Below the pieces are notes generated by a model, which searched no databases, was not told where the DNA came from, and saw only the letters and a program-made list of their open reading frames with translations. A stretch of DNA of 31,082 bases, taken from a virus. Taxonomy: Duplodnaviria > Caudoviricetes. A program made the translations under genes and the position numbers. Shown here piece by piece: positions 14,462 to 24,811 of this stretch; the first letter of the stretch is position 1; each line of letters begins with the position of its first letter. The stretch covers positions 1-31,082 of IMG/VR virus record IMGVR_UViG_3300037634_000692. One strand, 5' to 3'.

Positions 14462-17400
14462 TTAATCTATTGTTTCTACTATTCCTAATCCTTGGAAATT
14501 AAAGGCCGCTGTGTCTATTTCACTTGGTTTTCCTTTAATATAATTAAACCATTTGCCTTCTTTTTCTATAAACTCATTTAGCGTTCCCTCTTGTTTATCT
14601 GTGCGTATGTTTGAAACATACCATCCGTCTTCTGATTGCAAGTTGTAATACTCTCCATCAGTAAGACCAGTCGTTGGATCTGTTGTAAATTGGTCTATTT
14701 TAGATTGGCTACCTTCGTAATTCAAGGTATTAAAATTCTTAACAACCGCCGGGTGCATATTTAATATTGGAGTTATAGATGATTCTTCATGCGTTCCGTA
14801 AAAAGTATTTCTATTTATTTCTATACCTGATGAGCTAAACTGTTCTACATGATGTTTCCATAACTGGCCAAAACTCATAGTATAATACTGATTAACACAA
14901 CTAAGCCCAAACTCAGGAACAAAAGATTTGAAACTAGTCCAGCCTTTTGACCGTTCGTTAAAAGTCAGGGTTGACCCTTGTCCTGAATTTATAATTAAAG
15001 AAACGTCATCTAGTTGAAATTTGTAAGGATAATTATCACTTACTCTGAATCCAAAAACTCCACTCGTACCTAAATTCCAACCAGAAGGGGACGATGCTCC
15101 TCCAGCTGTAGTATTATATACTTGAGTAGTTATAGTATCTGAAACCGTACCCTGAACAACGTAATTATTGTCCTGGTTAAAGGTATACTCAAACCCATTA
15201 CCAGCAGAGTTATACATATACATAGTTATCTCCGCTTGATAAGCGGGATTTAAGTTTGTTATATTAAACGATACCGTGAAAGAAGTTCCAATCGGATAAT
15301 CTACAGATAAAAACTGCTCAATACCACTGTCAACCGAAGCGTCATCGAATTCTATGTATCCAGGTCCGGTAGGAGATGTATTACTAACAGGCAAGAAATA
15401 AACCTCACTTGTAGGATTTGGAAATATACTCCAATCTGCTATTCCCCCTCCTGTGTAACTTATTTCTTTTAGGGAAACATCCTTAATTAAGACTTGATCT
15501 CCCATTTGTTGGTAAATAGTAACAGGAAATCCTCCAGTAACTATATCAAAAATTGTACTATAAGTGTCTCCGCTCTCAAAAGTGTAATCATGGAGAGCAA
15601 AGTTGTCACCAAAAGTTTGAACAACCCCTGTTAAAGATTGGTTTGAAGACTTGTTGAAAGAGGCTTTATATTTTTTACCTGCTTGTAAGTTATACGTATC
15701 ATGTATTAGCATTGGCTCTGGCTCTGGATTTGTATCTTCGTGAAAAGCAAAAGCGTTAGAACTGGTTACGGTGGCGCTATATGTGTTAAACTCAAATCCT
15801 TGATAAGTCCAATCGTCAATACTTTGACCCGTAACAACTGTTGTTGATGGGCGTGTAAATTCAAAACCTGGTACCCAAGGTATTCTCCATTGCCACTCAG
15901 GTAATGTATTACCAGGGAAAGTTGCATTTAAGTTAGCTGGCGCTGGATCATAATATGGATTACCCGTCTGTCCACCAGAAGGATGTGTTAACTGAGTCAT
16001 GTTTAAAGGTGGAATTACATCAATAGTTACTTGTATTGTTCCTGGATAACTACTAGGTTCCCAAACACCGTTTACGCTTCCTAAAATTGGTGGATTGTTA
16101 AAACCCTGTGGTCCTGGAGTTTTAACTTCATCTCCAATGTGAATATGAGGATCTGTTAGTTCTACCCATCTAATAGTAACTGTAGCAATAACACTAGATT
16201 GATTAGTTGTACTACCTGTCGTGCTCCAACCCACTAATCTAGCGTCTTTATCTTGATATCTATCAGTTTTAGCATAATTTGAAGGATAAGTAGTTGTAAT
16301 ATCTGTAGTTGCTGAAAAATCCCAATTAGTTAAAAGCTCAGGACCATAAATTTCCGTAGGAGTTCCCCCTTGATTAAACCCAGGGTTTACGAGTAGATTC
16401 TCTCCAGTTGACAGAAATATAGATAAGTTATAATCTCCTTTGTGAGCATCATAACTACCATATAATCTTTCACCGTCTCTTAAATTATCTCTGAAGTAAT
16501 CGTGCATTCCAGCGTCTGATATTGGAGTTAATCCGTCCATAGATAATCTTATTACAGCCCCTCTTTGTTTATCTGTGAAGTAAGATCTAAATGATTCCGC
16601 TGCGAATGACTCTGGATTTTTAGATATACCAAAGTTACCTCTAAAAGGCTCTGCTGTTCCTAATACTCTGTTCGTAGCTAATAATTGTGTGTTTCCATCT
16701 GCATTATAAAGTATATCTTTATCTACATACACTCTAATAATTTTATCTTCACATAGAGTTATAAGATCTTTATCTCTCGCGTATAGCTTTTGTATACTAC
16801 CATATGATGGCATTAAATCTTTTGTTATCTTTTCTGCTTGTATAAACTGATTTAAATTATTAACCCCACTTGTAGAGTTATATAAACCAGAATATATTAA
16901 TCCGTGTTTTCTTCTTTCTTCCTCGTATGGCTCTTCTAATACTGTAGATGCTTTAACTCCATTTAAGATATATGACTCGTTAAAATCATCTCTAATTCTA
17001 TTAGATTCAACTCCGTTACCAAAACTAAAGCAATTGAAAAATGGTAGTCCCGTGTATTTATTGTGAACATTGTTACTAATAACAAGCTTGGTTACGTAGT
17101 ACTGCCCGTTATTAGGACCTGTTATCCCGTCACTTGGTATATTGAATATTCGTGCAGAAGTATAGCTCCCGTTTTCTTTCCAAAACTTTAAGGTTCTATT
17201 GTAGAATTCTCCAGTTTGACCACTCGGTGTTGGAGGTTCATTCGGAGACACTTTTAATCCAGGTCCGTTTAGCTCAACTATATTTCCGTCCCACGCTTTT
17301 ACTCTTACCCAAAAATCTTCTCCCCACTCAGCGTTTTGATCCGAGTAGTCCAATACAGATCCTGGTAAACTACATGTAACTCTACTTCCTACAGGTGCTA

Positions 17401-20400
17401 ACAAGTATCCCTTTAAAGAATCCGGATCGTAACTCGCGAATCCATCTAACGTGATGGGCATAGCGTCACTAGCTTCGTAATATACATTTAAGTCAACATC
17501 TTCCTTGGCCTCTGTTTCGAATATAGCTGGGGAAACAGGAACTACGTTTTCTTCAGGCTCTATATAATTATCTACAAACCTAATATATTGAAAAGAACTA
17601 GCATCAGCTGTCAACGGAAACTGTACATTATTTATAAAAACCCCCCTAGGATCCTCGTCTAACATAACGGTATATAGAGTTCTTCTATTATTTGTTCTTC
17701 CAAAATTAACGATAGCAGCCTTCATATCGATCCACTCCTGCACTAGATCTAACGCGGTTTGATTAACCGGTATTCCATTGTCATTTATATACTTTAAAAA
17801 ATCTCTAACTCTTTTAGCTACGCATATTTCTCCAATCCCATATGGTTTTGGTACCCCATCTTCTCTGATTTGTGGCGTTATGTTCCAAGCCGTATGATTA
17901 TATAAATGTTTTTTGTATACTTGGGTTATCCTATACATAACTGAGGAATCTCCTTCTATAAAAAATCTTGAATCTAAAACTAAATTATCAATTACAGCTT
18001 GTACGGCTGCGGGATTAGGCGCTCCATGCGTAGGTTCGAAAGCATTATCAGCATCAAGTTGTTCTGCAGGAGTAAGGAAATTATAAGCAAAGAAAAAAGT
18101 ACTTTCTCTATATGTAGGTAACATACCTCCACTATAACCATAGTTTGAAGGTTGAGTATACCACTCGCCATTCCAAGGATTTGAAGTTCCATTAGTGTTT
18201 TGCGCTGGCGTTGATTCGTATTGTAATCCATCCACCTTTATTTTATCAACACCGTATCTAAGTATGCTAGTTAAGTATTCTTCATCCATAGTAAAACCAG
18301 ACCAAGCAGTCAATATTTGTGATGATAAACTGGAGAAATCTCCATCGTGCAAATCTACACCTGGGCAAGCAAAGGAAAGGTGCAATACACATTCTTTATT
18401 GCTGCTTAACGTTTTTCTGTTATAATCATTTGTCCAACCTGTGAAACTACCACTAGGATAGTAAAAACTTTGGATATGATTACCCGATACATGTGGATGT
18501 GCATAACTTATTTCATCTGTCCAAGCTCTTCTACCGTTATAAGTTTGGACAGATGAAGTAGGAGGGGTGTAGTAGTTACTTCCCCAAACAGAAACAGACG
18601 CAGTAGTTGCCAAACCAGTATCACCATTAGGATCTCCAAGCCACGCTATTTTTTCCATACCATTTATAAGTCTGCTTGGGTTTCCAAACCCTCCAGCTGG
18701 TTTTCCATAATGTCGTATCCCAGATTTGTAAGCGTTTGTTGTTGAATTGTGTTGTACTGACGCGAAACCAGCACCATCTATAAACCAACCCTTACTAGAA
18801 GTACTATTAGGATCACCGTTTAGATTAGTTGTTATAGTATCCCATTCTAATTCTGTATCTGAAATTTCATAACTAGTAGTGTTTATAATAGATGAAGAAA
18901 GGTTGTGTATACCGGGAATATTATAACCAAAATCCCCTTGACTATCTGTTAAATTATACATCTTCATTCTTGACAAGACTTGCCAATTGTTTATATTGTT
19001 AAGAGAATGAGTTAAATATGTCTGTGTTATTATATTAGACAAAACTTTAACAAAAAACCTACCCTCAAACTCAAAAGCGTCTTTTTCTTCTATTAGTAGT
19101 ATGCTGATTTTCAACGTGCTCTCTAGTATACCCGTAACGCTTGGTGAACTTGGAGTCGACTCGACCCAACTATCTTGTTCTTTTATTTTCTTTTTTAACT
19201 TAAATTCATAAATATCAGCACTAACATCATAAGCAGCAACCTCGTATTGAAGAGACTTTGTGGTAGTTAAACCATCAGATATCTCAAACTGCAACGCTAT
19301 CTTATCGCTCGGAGTTAAAGCTTCAGATAACTCGATACCATCACATCCAACACCCTGGGAACTTATCCCTGTCCATCCATCTTTCCTTATTTCTATTTTA
19401 GTTCTACCTTCAGAGGGATGTGTTTCTGTGCTAGGAAATATAACTTCTAAATTAGTTTCATTATAATAAGTTGCGGATGAGGACGTTATACTAAGGTCAA
19501 AAATATCAGATCCACCACCAACCCCTAGGGACTTATACTCTTGCTTAACGTGCTCTGGCGCTTCGTTTTTTATATCAATTATCTTTATCTTATTGTCAAC
19601 AGGAACTTGCTGATCTATATCCACTTGCTTTTTAATGCTAAAGTAATCTCCTTCTTGTACCTTGTTTCTATCTGAAGACGGGAATGACAACCACAAACTG
19701 GAGTCTTCTTGAGAGCGGTAAACTCTATCCATAGTAAGGTTATAATACTCCCCTGTAGTTTGTTTTATAAACCACTTATAATAATATGCCCATTCAGGTT
19801 GGTTTCCAAGTAGCTTTGCTTTTAATCTAAGAGACTTGCTAGCCGCACCGTCAAACAATTCGGTTTCATCAAAATCGTATGGCACGTTTATAGAGGCGTT
19901 TTTACTTGTAAAAACAGGAGTTTCTCTTCCGTGCTCGTCTCCATAAACAACTCCTAAATAATAAGTTCTATCTGACTTGATAGACTTCTCACCTAAACCA
20001 GTGTCGAAATTAATCGAATTGTTTTTCCAAGTTTTTCTTTCTTCAGTTTCTACACTTATGTTTGGTGCCACTAAGTTTCCAATCACGTCTCTGAAGTTGT
20101 AATTTTGCAAATAGTTTCCATAAATAATCCTATTAGCCGTAACTTCTTGTGACAAGGCTTTTCTAGGAACATTGTCCCAAGGTCTTAGCATCTGATTATT
20201 CGGTAGTGCAGCGTATATGTTCTCTGTTGTTATCTCATATTCACCATGGTTATCGTAAACATGAAAGTCGTGATGAGCATTAGAAATGTCAGGAGGGGAA
20301 GTGTCCTCAAAAGAACTTCCGATAACAGCTTTATTTCCCCATGAATTAGCGTCCCAATATGCGTTACTTGAGTCGCTTTGTTTAATGCTATCTATAGAGT

Positions 20401-21604
20401 ATACTGTTGTAGATCTTTCTTTTTTAAACAACACATCTAGTTGAACTACGTCTCTAGGGGTGTTTATGTCAATAAGTTCTTGTAGTTTAATGTTAACGCT
20501 TTTGTTCTCCATTGCTAAGTTGTAAGGATCTTTAGTAGGGTGAAAGCCGAAAACACCTGCTAGAAATACAGGTTGAGTAAAGGGTGAAAAAGCAGAATAC
20601 TCCCCATCTTGATACTTGTATCTAAAAGCAAATCTAATAAATTCTTTTTCAAATATAGGTTTGTTTTCTTGAACTTTTACACAATTATAATCTCTTATTT
20701 GAGAATCTATATATCCTTTTATTTCCGTTATCTCAAACTCGTACTCGTAACCTTGAGATACTGAGACCGGGAGTTGAGTTACACGTACTTTAATTTGGTA
20801 GTTTTGAGGTAAATTTCCAAGAGCGTTCTGATCACTAAGTAAAATCTCGTCATTTAAAGAATACGGAGGTGAAGCCGAGTCAGTTAACAGCAATGGAGAT
20901 GGGTGGACACCGTTAGGGTCTGGAAAAATATCCCCTACACTATATTCGGAACTAGGTATAACTAAAGTTGGAATCGTAAATATTGGTAGGATAGCTGTTT
21001 CAGTAAAGGTAACAACCGGTGCTTTTTGAGGTCTTTTACGTATTACCGTAATATGATCTTCAGTAACGTCACCAATTGGAGTTTCGTTAACAAACATTTG
21101 ACTATGTGTGTTTAAATCAGTATAATTATTAACGGTGAAGTTTAATTTAAACGTGTCGATGTTTATTTTCTTCGGTTCATTAACATCATCTGTCCAAAAA
21201 AGTAAATTATCAATTATGTTTATACCGGTAATTATATTACTCGGATCGAACTTTAAAACATCTTTATTGGTGTCAACTAAAATAGGTATGCAAGTGTTAG
21301 TAGATTGATTACTAGGATCGTTGTGATATTCCACGATAGCGTCAACAGTAGGAGAGGTAATAAACCAATATAAAACATCGTTCTTTTCATCCGCTATTGC
21401 TCCAACACATTTAAATTGTTCTCCTAAAACAATATCTTCAACTCGAATATTACCCAGTATATTTTGTACCGTTCCAACATCTGAATCTTCAGAAGTAGAA
21501 ACTTGCACATTCATCGCGTTTCTATATTGTCCATTAGGTACTAATCTTTCATCCAGGTCTTTATTCATTACACCCTTCTGAAACATGTTTTTAATTTCCG
21601 GCAT
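14462..21604 (-). CDS. Tail stabilization/nozzle protein (P22 gp10/crAss muzzle-like), 2380 aa with large insertions
   Basis: N-terminus F.KG.MNKDLDERLVPNGQYRNAMN; LLFWTD..NEPKKIN; FAFRYKYQDGEYSAFSPF; GNGVESNRIRDDFN; FGISKNPESFA; YFTDKQRGAVIRLSMDGLTPIS; KGWTSFKSF; EKEGKWFNYI. These motifs are typical of this family in Bacteroidota podophages. Confidence 0.75.
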   Translation of the reverse strand: MPEIKNMFQKGVMNKDLDERLVPNGQYRNAMNVQVSTSEDSDVGTVQNILGNIRVEDIVLGEQFKCVGAIADEKNDVLYWFITSPTVDAIVEYHNDPSNQSTNTCIPILVDTNKDVLKFDPSNIITGINIIDNLLFWTDDVNEPKKINIDTFKLNFTVNNYTDLNTHSQMFVNETPIGDVTEDHITVIRKRPQKAPVVTFTETAILPIFTIPTLVIPSSEYSVGDIFPDPNGVHPSPLLLTDSASPPYSLNDEILLSDQNALGNLPQNYQIKVRVTQLPVSVSQGYEYEFEITEIKGYIDSQIRDYNCVKVQENKPIFEKEFIRFAFRYKYQDGEYSAFSPFTQPVFLAGVFGFHPTKDPYNLAMENKSVNIKLQELIDINTPRDVVQLDVLFKKERSTTVYSIDSIKQSDSSNAYWDANSWGNKAVIGSSFEDTSPPDISNAHHDFHVYDNHGEYEITTENIYAALPNNQMLRPWDNVPRKALSQEVTANRIIYGNYLQNYNFRDVIGNLVAPNISVETEERKTWKNNSINFDTGLGEKSIKSDRTYYLGVVYGDEHGRETPVFTSKNASINVPYDFDETELFDGAASKSLRLKAKLLGNQPEWAYYYKWFIKQTTGEYYNLTMDRVYRSQEDSSLWLSFPSSDRNKVQEGDYFSIKKQVDIDQQVPVDNKIKIIDIKNEAPEHVKQEYKSLGVGGGSDIFDLSITSSSATYYNETNLEVIFPSTETHPSEGRTKIEIRKDGWTGISSQGVGCDGIELSEALTPSDKIALQFEISDGLTTTKSLQYEVAAYDVSADIYEFKLKKKIKEQDSWVESTPSSPSVTGILESTLKISILLIEEKDAFEFEGRFFVKVLSNIITQTYLTHSLNNINNWQVLSRMKMYNLTDSQGDFGYNIPGIHNLSSSIINTTSYEISDTELEWDTITTNLNGDPNSTSSKGWFIDGAGFASVQHNSTTNAYKSGIRHYGKPAGGFGNPSRLINGMEKIAWLGDPNGDTGLATTASVSVWGSNYYTPPTSSVQTYNGRRAWTDEISYAHPHVSGNHIQSFYYPSGSFTGWTNDYNRKTLSSNKECVLHLSFACPGVDLHDGDFSSLSSQILTAWSGFTMDEEYLTSILRYGVDKIKVDGLQYESTPAQNTNGTSNPWNGEWYTQPSNYGYSGGMLPTYRESTFFFAYNFLTPAEQLDADNAFEPTHGAPNPAAVQAVIDNLVLDSRFFIEGDSSVMYRITQVYKKHLYNHTAWNITPQIREDGVPKPYGIGEICVAKRVRDFLKYINDNGIPVNQTALDLVQEWIDMKAAIVNFGRTNNRRTLYTVMLDEDPRGVFINNVQFPLTADASSFQYIRFVDNYIEPEENVVPVSPAIFETEAKEDVDLNVYYEASDAMPITLDGFASYDPDSLKGYLLAPVGSRVTCSLPGSVLDYSDQNAEWGEDFWVRVKAWDGNIVELNGPGLKVSPNEPPTPSGQTGEFYNRTLKFWKENGSYTSARIFNIPSDGITGPNNGQYYVTKLVISNNVHNKYTGLPFFNCFSFGNGVESNRIRDDFNESYILNGVKASTVLEEPYEEERRKHGLIYSGLYNSTSGVNNLNQFIQAEKITKDLMPSYGSIQKLYARDKDLITLCEDKIIRVYVDKDILYNADGNTQLLATNRVLGTAEPFRGNFGISKNPESFAAESFRSYFTDKQRGAVIRLSMDGLTPISDAGMHDYFRDNLRDGERLYGSYDAHKGDYNLSIFLSTGENLLVNPGFNQGGTPTEIYGPELLTNWDFSATTDITTTYPSNYAKTDRYQDKDARLVGWSTTGSTTNQSSVIATVTIRWVELTDPHIHIGDEVKTPGPQGFNNPPILGSVNGVWEPSSYPGTIQVTIDVIPPLNMTQLTHPSGGQTGNPYYDPAPANLNATFPGNTLPEWQWRIPWVPGFEFTRPSTTVVTGQSIDDWTYQGFEFNTYSATVTSSNAFAFHEDTNPEPEPMLIHDTYNLQAGKKYKASFNKSSNQSLTGVVQTFGDNFALHDYTFESGDTYSTIFDIVTGGFPVTIYQQMGDQVLIKDVSLKEISYTGGGIADWSIFPNPTSEVYFLPVSNTSPTGPGYIEFDDASVDSGIEQFLSVDYPIGTSFTVSFNITNLNPAYQAEITMYMYNSAGNGFEYTFNQDNNYVVQGTVSDTITTQVYNTTAGGASSPSGWNLGTSGVFGFRVSDNYPYKFQLDDVSLIINSGQGSTLTFNERSKGWTSFKSFVPEFGLSCVNQYYTMSFGQLWKHHVEQFSSSGIEINRNTFYGTHEESSITPILNMHPAVVKNFNTLNYEGSQSKIDQFTTDPTTGLTDGEYYNLQSEDGWYVSNIRTDKQEGTLNEFIEKEGKWFNYIKGKPSEIDTAAFNFQGLGIVETID

Positions 21605-21607
21605 ATT

Positions 21608-22966
21608 TTAACTTTTTATCCACTTAGATTTACCTCTCATTATTTGAGCAAGTTCTTCTATTTTTAAATTTGATAATCTTAATTTTGCTTGTCTTATTGC
21701 GGCGAACTTCTCTTTTTTAAATCTTGGCACAAGTTGTTGCCCAGCTATAGTAGTAGAAAATATTGCATAAGCAATAGATTTATACATAGCTTCTTCTGCA
21801 AACTTATGAACTATCATCTCTTCATCCGTACCAAGCCCGTCACTTATATAATCTAAAACTATAGTTCTTCCTGTAAGATTAGAACTAAAATGAATTAATC
21901 CTCTTATAGTATCTATAAAATAAGTTCCATTCGATTGAGCAATAGATGGTTCTAACCCATATCTTTGCCCTAGATTTAAATCATAAATATCAGTATCATA
22001 ATTATACGCGTTAGCATCGCTAGTACTATTAGAGGTACCAGAACTATAAGAATCCCAAGTTGTAGAGTCTCCAGGTGTTGATATAAAAGTTACGTCGTCC
22101 GCGAAACTATTAGTTATTACTAAATCTTCTTGTCCCGAAATGGTTATAACAGCTCCGTTAACATCAATTACCGTTGTTCCCAGATCAAATGACCCATGAG
22201 ATACCAACATTCCAACTTTTATATTAGATACATCAGTGTTTGGTGCTTGTGTCAGTTTTACAGGATCACCAGCCGCAGCGTTTTGCCACGTAAGATTTTC
22301 TAACACAAAAGAAGATTCTTCCTCTGATATTATAGAGCCATCAATATTTTCAAATGTTAAAGTTTCTGTCGCGGTATATATAGCTTCAGCGGTGGCACTA
22401 ATACCATTTGCACCAACTAAACCAAGGGTTGTAATACCTCCAGAGTGATCTATAGTACTTACAAAAGAATTTAAAGGTATACTAGGAGCTACAACTCTCA
22501 TACCTTTTATTATATTCTTATATTCACTATCTAGTACTATAGTACTACTGTTTATCGTTAGCGTACCTGTGGCTGTTAAAGTATATTCACCGTCTGAATT
22601 CTGTAAAATTGGGGTTGGATTTGAAGTGTGTCTAGTTGGATATAAAGGATGTTTAATACCAGAACCATCAGTCCATAATACTCTTGTGTAGTTAACATAG
22701 TCTTGAGGAAGCATCATCGTGTTCGATGGTGGAAGTGTGATTTCTTGCGACTTGATAGATTTGAAAGTATCGAATGATAACTCTTGAATAGCTCTTTGCG
22801 CATGAAAAGCTATATCTGTTCTTTTTGCTTTAGGTATTATTTTGTTTTCTCCTACGTAGGATATAATAAAGTTATTTATAATATCATCTAAAGAAATAAA
22901 TTGGTAACTACCAAAATCATTTCCCGAGTAATAATCTTGTTGTGTTTGATTGTCTAATAATCCCAT
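21608..22966 (-). CDS. Tail ring/adaptor-like structural protein (452 aa) with a central beta-rich insertion
   Basis: N-terminus RAIQELSFD...LPQDYVNY and C-terminus IVLDYISDG...VHKFAEEAMY resemble podovirus head-tail adaptor/ring proteins. Position supports this. Confidence 0.6.
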   Translation of the reverse strand: MGLLDNQTQQDYYSGNDFGSYQFISLDDIINNFIISYVGENKIIPKAKRTDIAFHAQRAIQELSFDTFKSIKSQEITLPPSNTMMLPQDYVNYTRVLWTDGSGIKHPLYPTRHTSNPTPILQNSDGEYTLTATGTLTINSSTIVLDSEYKNIIKGMRVVAPSIPLNSFVSTIDHSGGITTLGLVGANGISATAEAIYTATETLTFENIDGSIISEEESSFVLENLTWQNAAAGDPVKLTQAPNTDVSNIKVGMLVSHGSFDLGTTVIDVNGAVITISGQEDLVITNSFADDVTFISTPGDSTTWDSYSSGTSNSTSDANAYNYDTDIYDLNLGQRYGLEPSIAQSNGTYFIDTIRGLIHFSSNLTGRTIVLDYISDGLGTDEEMIVHKFAEEAMYKSIAYAIFSTTIAGQQLVPRFKKEKFAAIRQAKLRLSNLKIEELAQIMRGKSKWIKS

Positions 22967-22970
22967 TTAT

Positions 22971-23675
22971 TTATTGTTTTTCTTGTTGAATATTCTTCGT
23001 GTCTTCTCCTGCGGCTACTTGATATAAATTTGGATCTTTTAGTGTGACTCCTGCTAAAGTTAATATTTTCAATACTAATTCTGTTTCTTCAGATGGATGT
23101 AAATCAAAATCTTGAGCATCATTAGCCGTTGCGTTATACAATGCTTTCTCTCCAACAACTACATATGTCCAATTTACGGGTCTAGGTGATTGGATGTAAT
23201 CTATATCTAAACTCCCAAAATTTCTACCAGCAACTTGAATAGTATTGTCTACTGTGTCTACCATGTATATAGGTCTCGTGGCTGTAGGTGCTGCTAATGG
23301 ACTGTTAGGGAACATTCTATAATCTTTTCTATTAACGCTTTCTAATATCAAATTTCTTCTTCTAACATTAGATAATCTATAAAATCTATCTAAAGTATTT
23401 AAGTTACCAGTACTATTTCCGCCAATCGGTCCTTGTAATTGATCTGTTACTTCAAACGCACTTATCTTTTCTTCTAATATATCCACCATATCAGCGTGCA
23501 TAGTATCATTACCAGGCATTCTTCTAAATTGATTTAAATCGTAGAAATATTGTTCGAATATATCCATTTGAGCTTGATTAGCAAAAATGTTAAATTCTTG
23601 AGGAGTAATATATCCTCGTTGCTCTTTATTTGCGAGAGTTAGAACTCTTTGATATATTCTATCTACGTTTATCAT
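22971..23675 (-). CDS. Tail ring/head-tail adaptor-like structural protein (234 aa)
   Basis: NKEQRGYITPQEFN.FANQAQ...DYI..P..V.W...DFDLHPSEETELV.KIL pattern, and position between capsid and nozzle genes. Confidence 0.6.
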   Translation of the reverse strand: MINVDRIYQRVLTLANKEQRGYITPQEFNIFANQAQMDIFEQYFYDLNQFRRMPGNDTMHADMVDILEEKISAFEVTDQLQGPIGGNSTGNLNTLDRFYRLSNVRRRNLILESVNRKDYRMFPNSPLAAPTATRPIYMVDTVDNTIQVAGRNFGSLDIDYIQSPRPVNWTYVVVGEKALYNATANDAQDFDLHPSEETELVLKILTLAGVTLKDPNLYQVAAGEDTKNIQQEKQ

Positions 23676-23684
23676 AATATTTTT

Positions 23685-23840
23685 TTATTTTTTATAAGGA
23701 AAAGCTTTATTTAAAGCTTTTTTTCTTTTGTCACAACCACAACCTTTTTTGCTTATATGATTAAACAAAGTTCTTATTCCAGTTATTTTTGTAATTTTTT
23801 CTATTGAATCTCCTAAGCCTTTTGATTTATTTGATTTCAT
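23685..23840 (-). CDS. Small basic 51-aa protein with GLGD and CGC motifs (not in ORF track)
   Basis: MKSNKSKGLGDSIEKITKITGIRTLFNHISKKGCGCDKRKKALNKAFPYKK*, ATG 23840, TAA 23687-23685. It fills the gap between co-oriented genes. Confidence 0.75.
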   Translation of the reverse strand: MKSNKSKGLGDSIEKITKITGIRTLFNHISKKGCGCDKRKKALNKAFPYKK

Positions 23841-23848
23841 ATAATTAT

Positions 23849-23886
23849 TGTAGTTTACGATCGCCCCGTAGGGCGACCGCTCTACA
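23849..23886 (-). other. GC-rich RNA hairpin with a c(UACG)g tetraloop
   Basis: Minus strand UGUAG-A-GCGGUCGCCC-UACG-GGGCGAUCGU-AAA-CUACA: a 10-bp stem with two G-U pairs plus a 5-bp outer stem, and no U-tract. Confidence 0.7.
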
Positions 23887-23892
23887 GTTTGA

Positions 23893-24735
23893 TTAATTAT
23901 TTAATCTTTTTTCTATATTTGAAAATATTTCCATACCTTCATCGGTTTTAAACCAATGCGCTAAAGCCGTATATGGATGCTCGTCAAATGGTATTGTCAT
24001 TATCTTTCTACCATTACTTCCCCATAGGAAGTTTCTTTGATCTGAAGACAATCTTAATATACCATTTTCAACAGCTTTGATACCAAAGTTTCTTAGCATT
24101 ACGTTTTCATCATCCGCAAGTTCTAAGAACAATTTAGGATTATTCCTTGCAAATACTAATAAATCTCTTTTAAGTTCCTTAGAACTCAACTTAGATACTT
24201 CAGAACCTTTTTCAACACGCATGATAGCTTCAGCCATATCAATATCGATATTTCTAGCCGCAACTAAGGCATCAACTTGCATGTTTAACACATCAATTTC
24301 ATCAGCTGCAAGACCTTCTGGTTTATATTCTTCATAAATACTATCTTTATGTGGATGATATAAACTTAATAGTTTTTGTAAAGTCGTTTTTTCTTTTTCT
24401 ACAAATAAAGTACCAGATCTAAATATAATGTGTTCTAATCTTTGATCACCTTTCATTTCATCTACAAATGGTGTTTTTTGATTTTGACAATACTTAAGTT
24501 CTCTTTCATAACCTTTTTCGTTATCAAAATAATAAATATTTGCAGATTTAATTGATCTTGATAATGGTTTTTTACCACCTTTCAAGGTGTATAATCTATC
24601 TTTTATTTCCCATTCATCTTTTGGTTTTATTCTTTCTCTTACTTTTGGTTGTTCTACAACCGGAGCAGTTTCTACAACTGTCTCTTCAATTTGAGGTTCT
24701 TCTACCTCTACTTTTGTTTCTTGTTTTTTTGCCAT
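23893..24735 (-). CDS. Conserved hypothetical protein downstream of MCP (280 aa)
   Basis: ORF track. It has an acidic N-terminal tail and a globular body, and its function is not recognised. Confidence 0.7.
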   Translation of the reverse strand: MAKKQETKVEVEEPQIEETVVETAPVVEQPKVRERIKPKDEWEIKDRLYTLKGGKKPLSRSIKSANIYYFDNEKGYERELKYCQNQKTPFVDEMKGDQRLEHIIFRSGTLFVEKEKTTLQKLLSLYHPHKDSIYEEYKPEGLAADEIDVLNMQVDALVAARNIDIDMAEAIMRVEKGSEVSKLSSKELKRDLLVFARNNPKLFLELADDENVMLRNFGIKAVENGILRLSSDQRNFLWGSNGRKIMTIPFDEHPYTALAHWFKTDEGMEIFSNIEKRLNN

Positions 24736-24759
24736 AATATAATATATAATAAAATTAAT

Positions 24760-24795
24760 AAAAATAAAGGGGTTGGGGAATTACCCCCAACCTCT
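24760..24795 (-). terminator. Rho-independent terminator after the major capsid gene
   Basis: Minus strand AGAGGTTGGGG-GTAATT-CCCCAACCCCT followed by TTATTTTT, 16 nt after the MCP stop. Confidence 0.8.
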
Positions 24796-24811
24796 CTAAT
24801 ATAATAAATGC

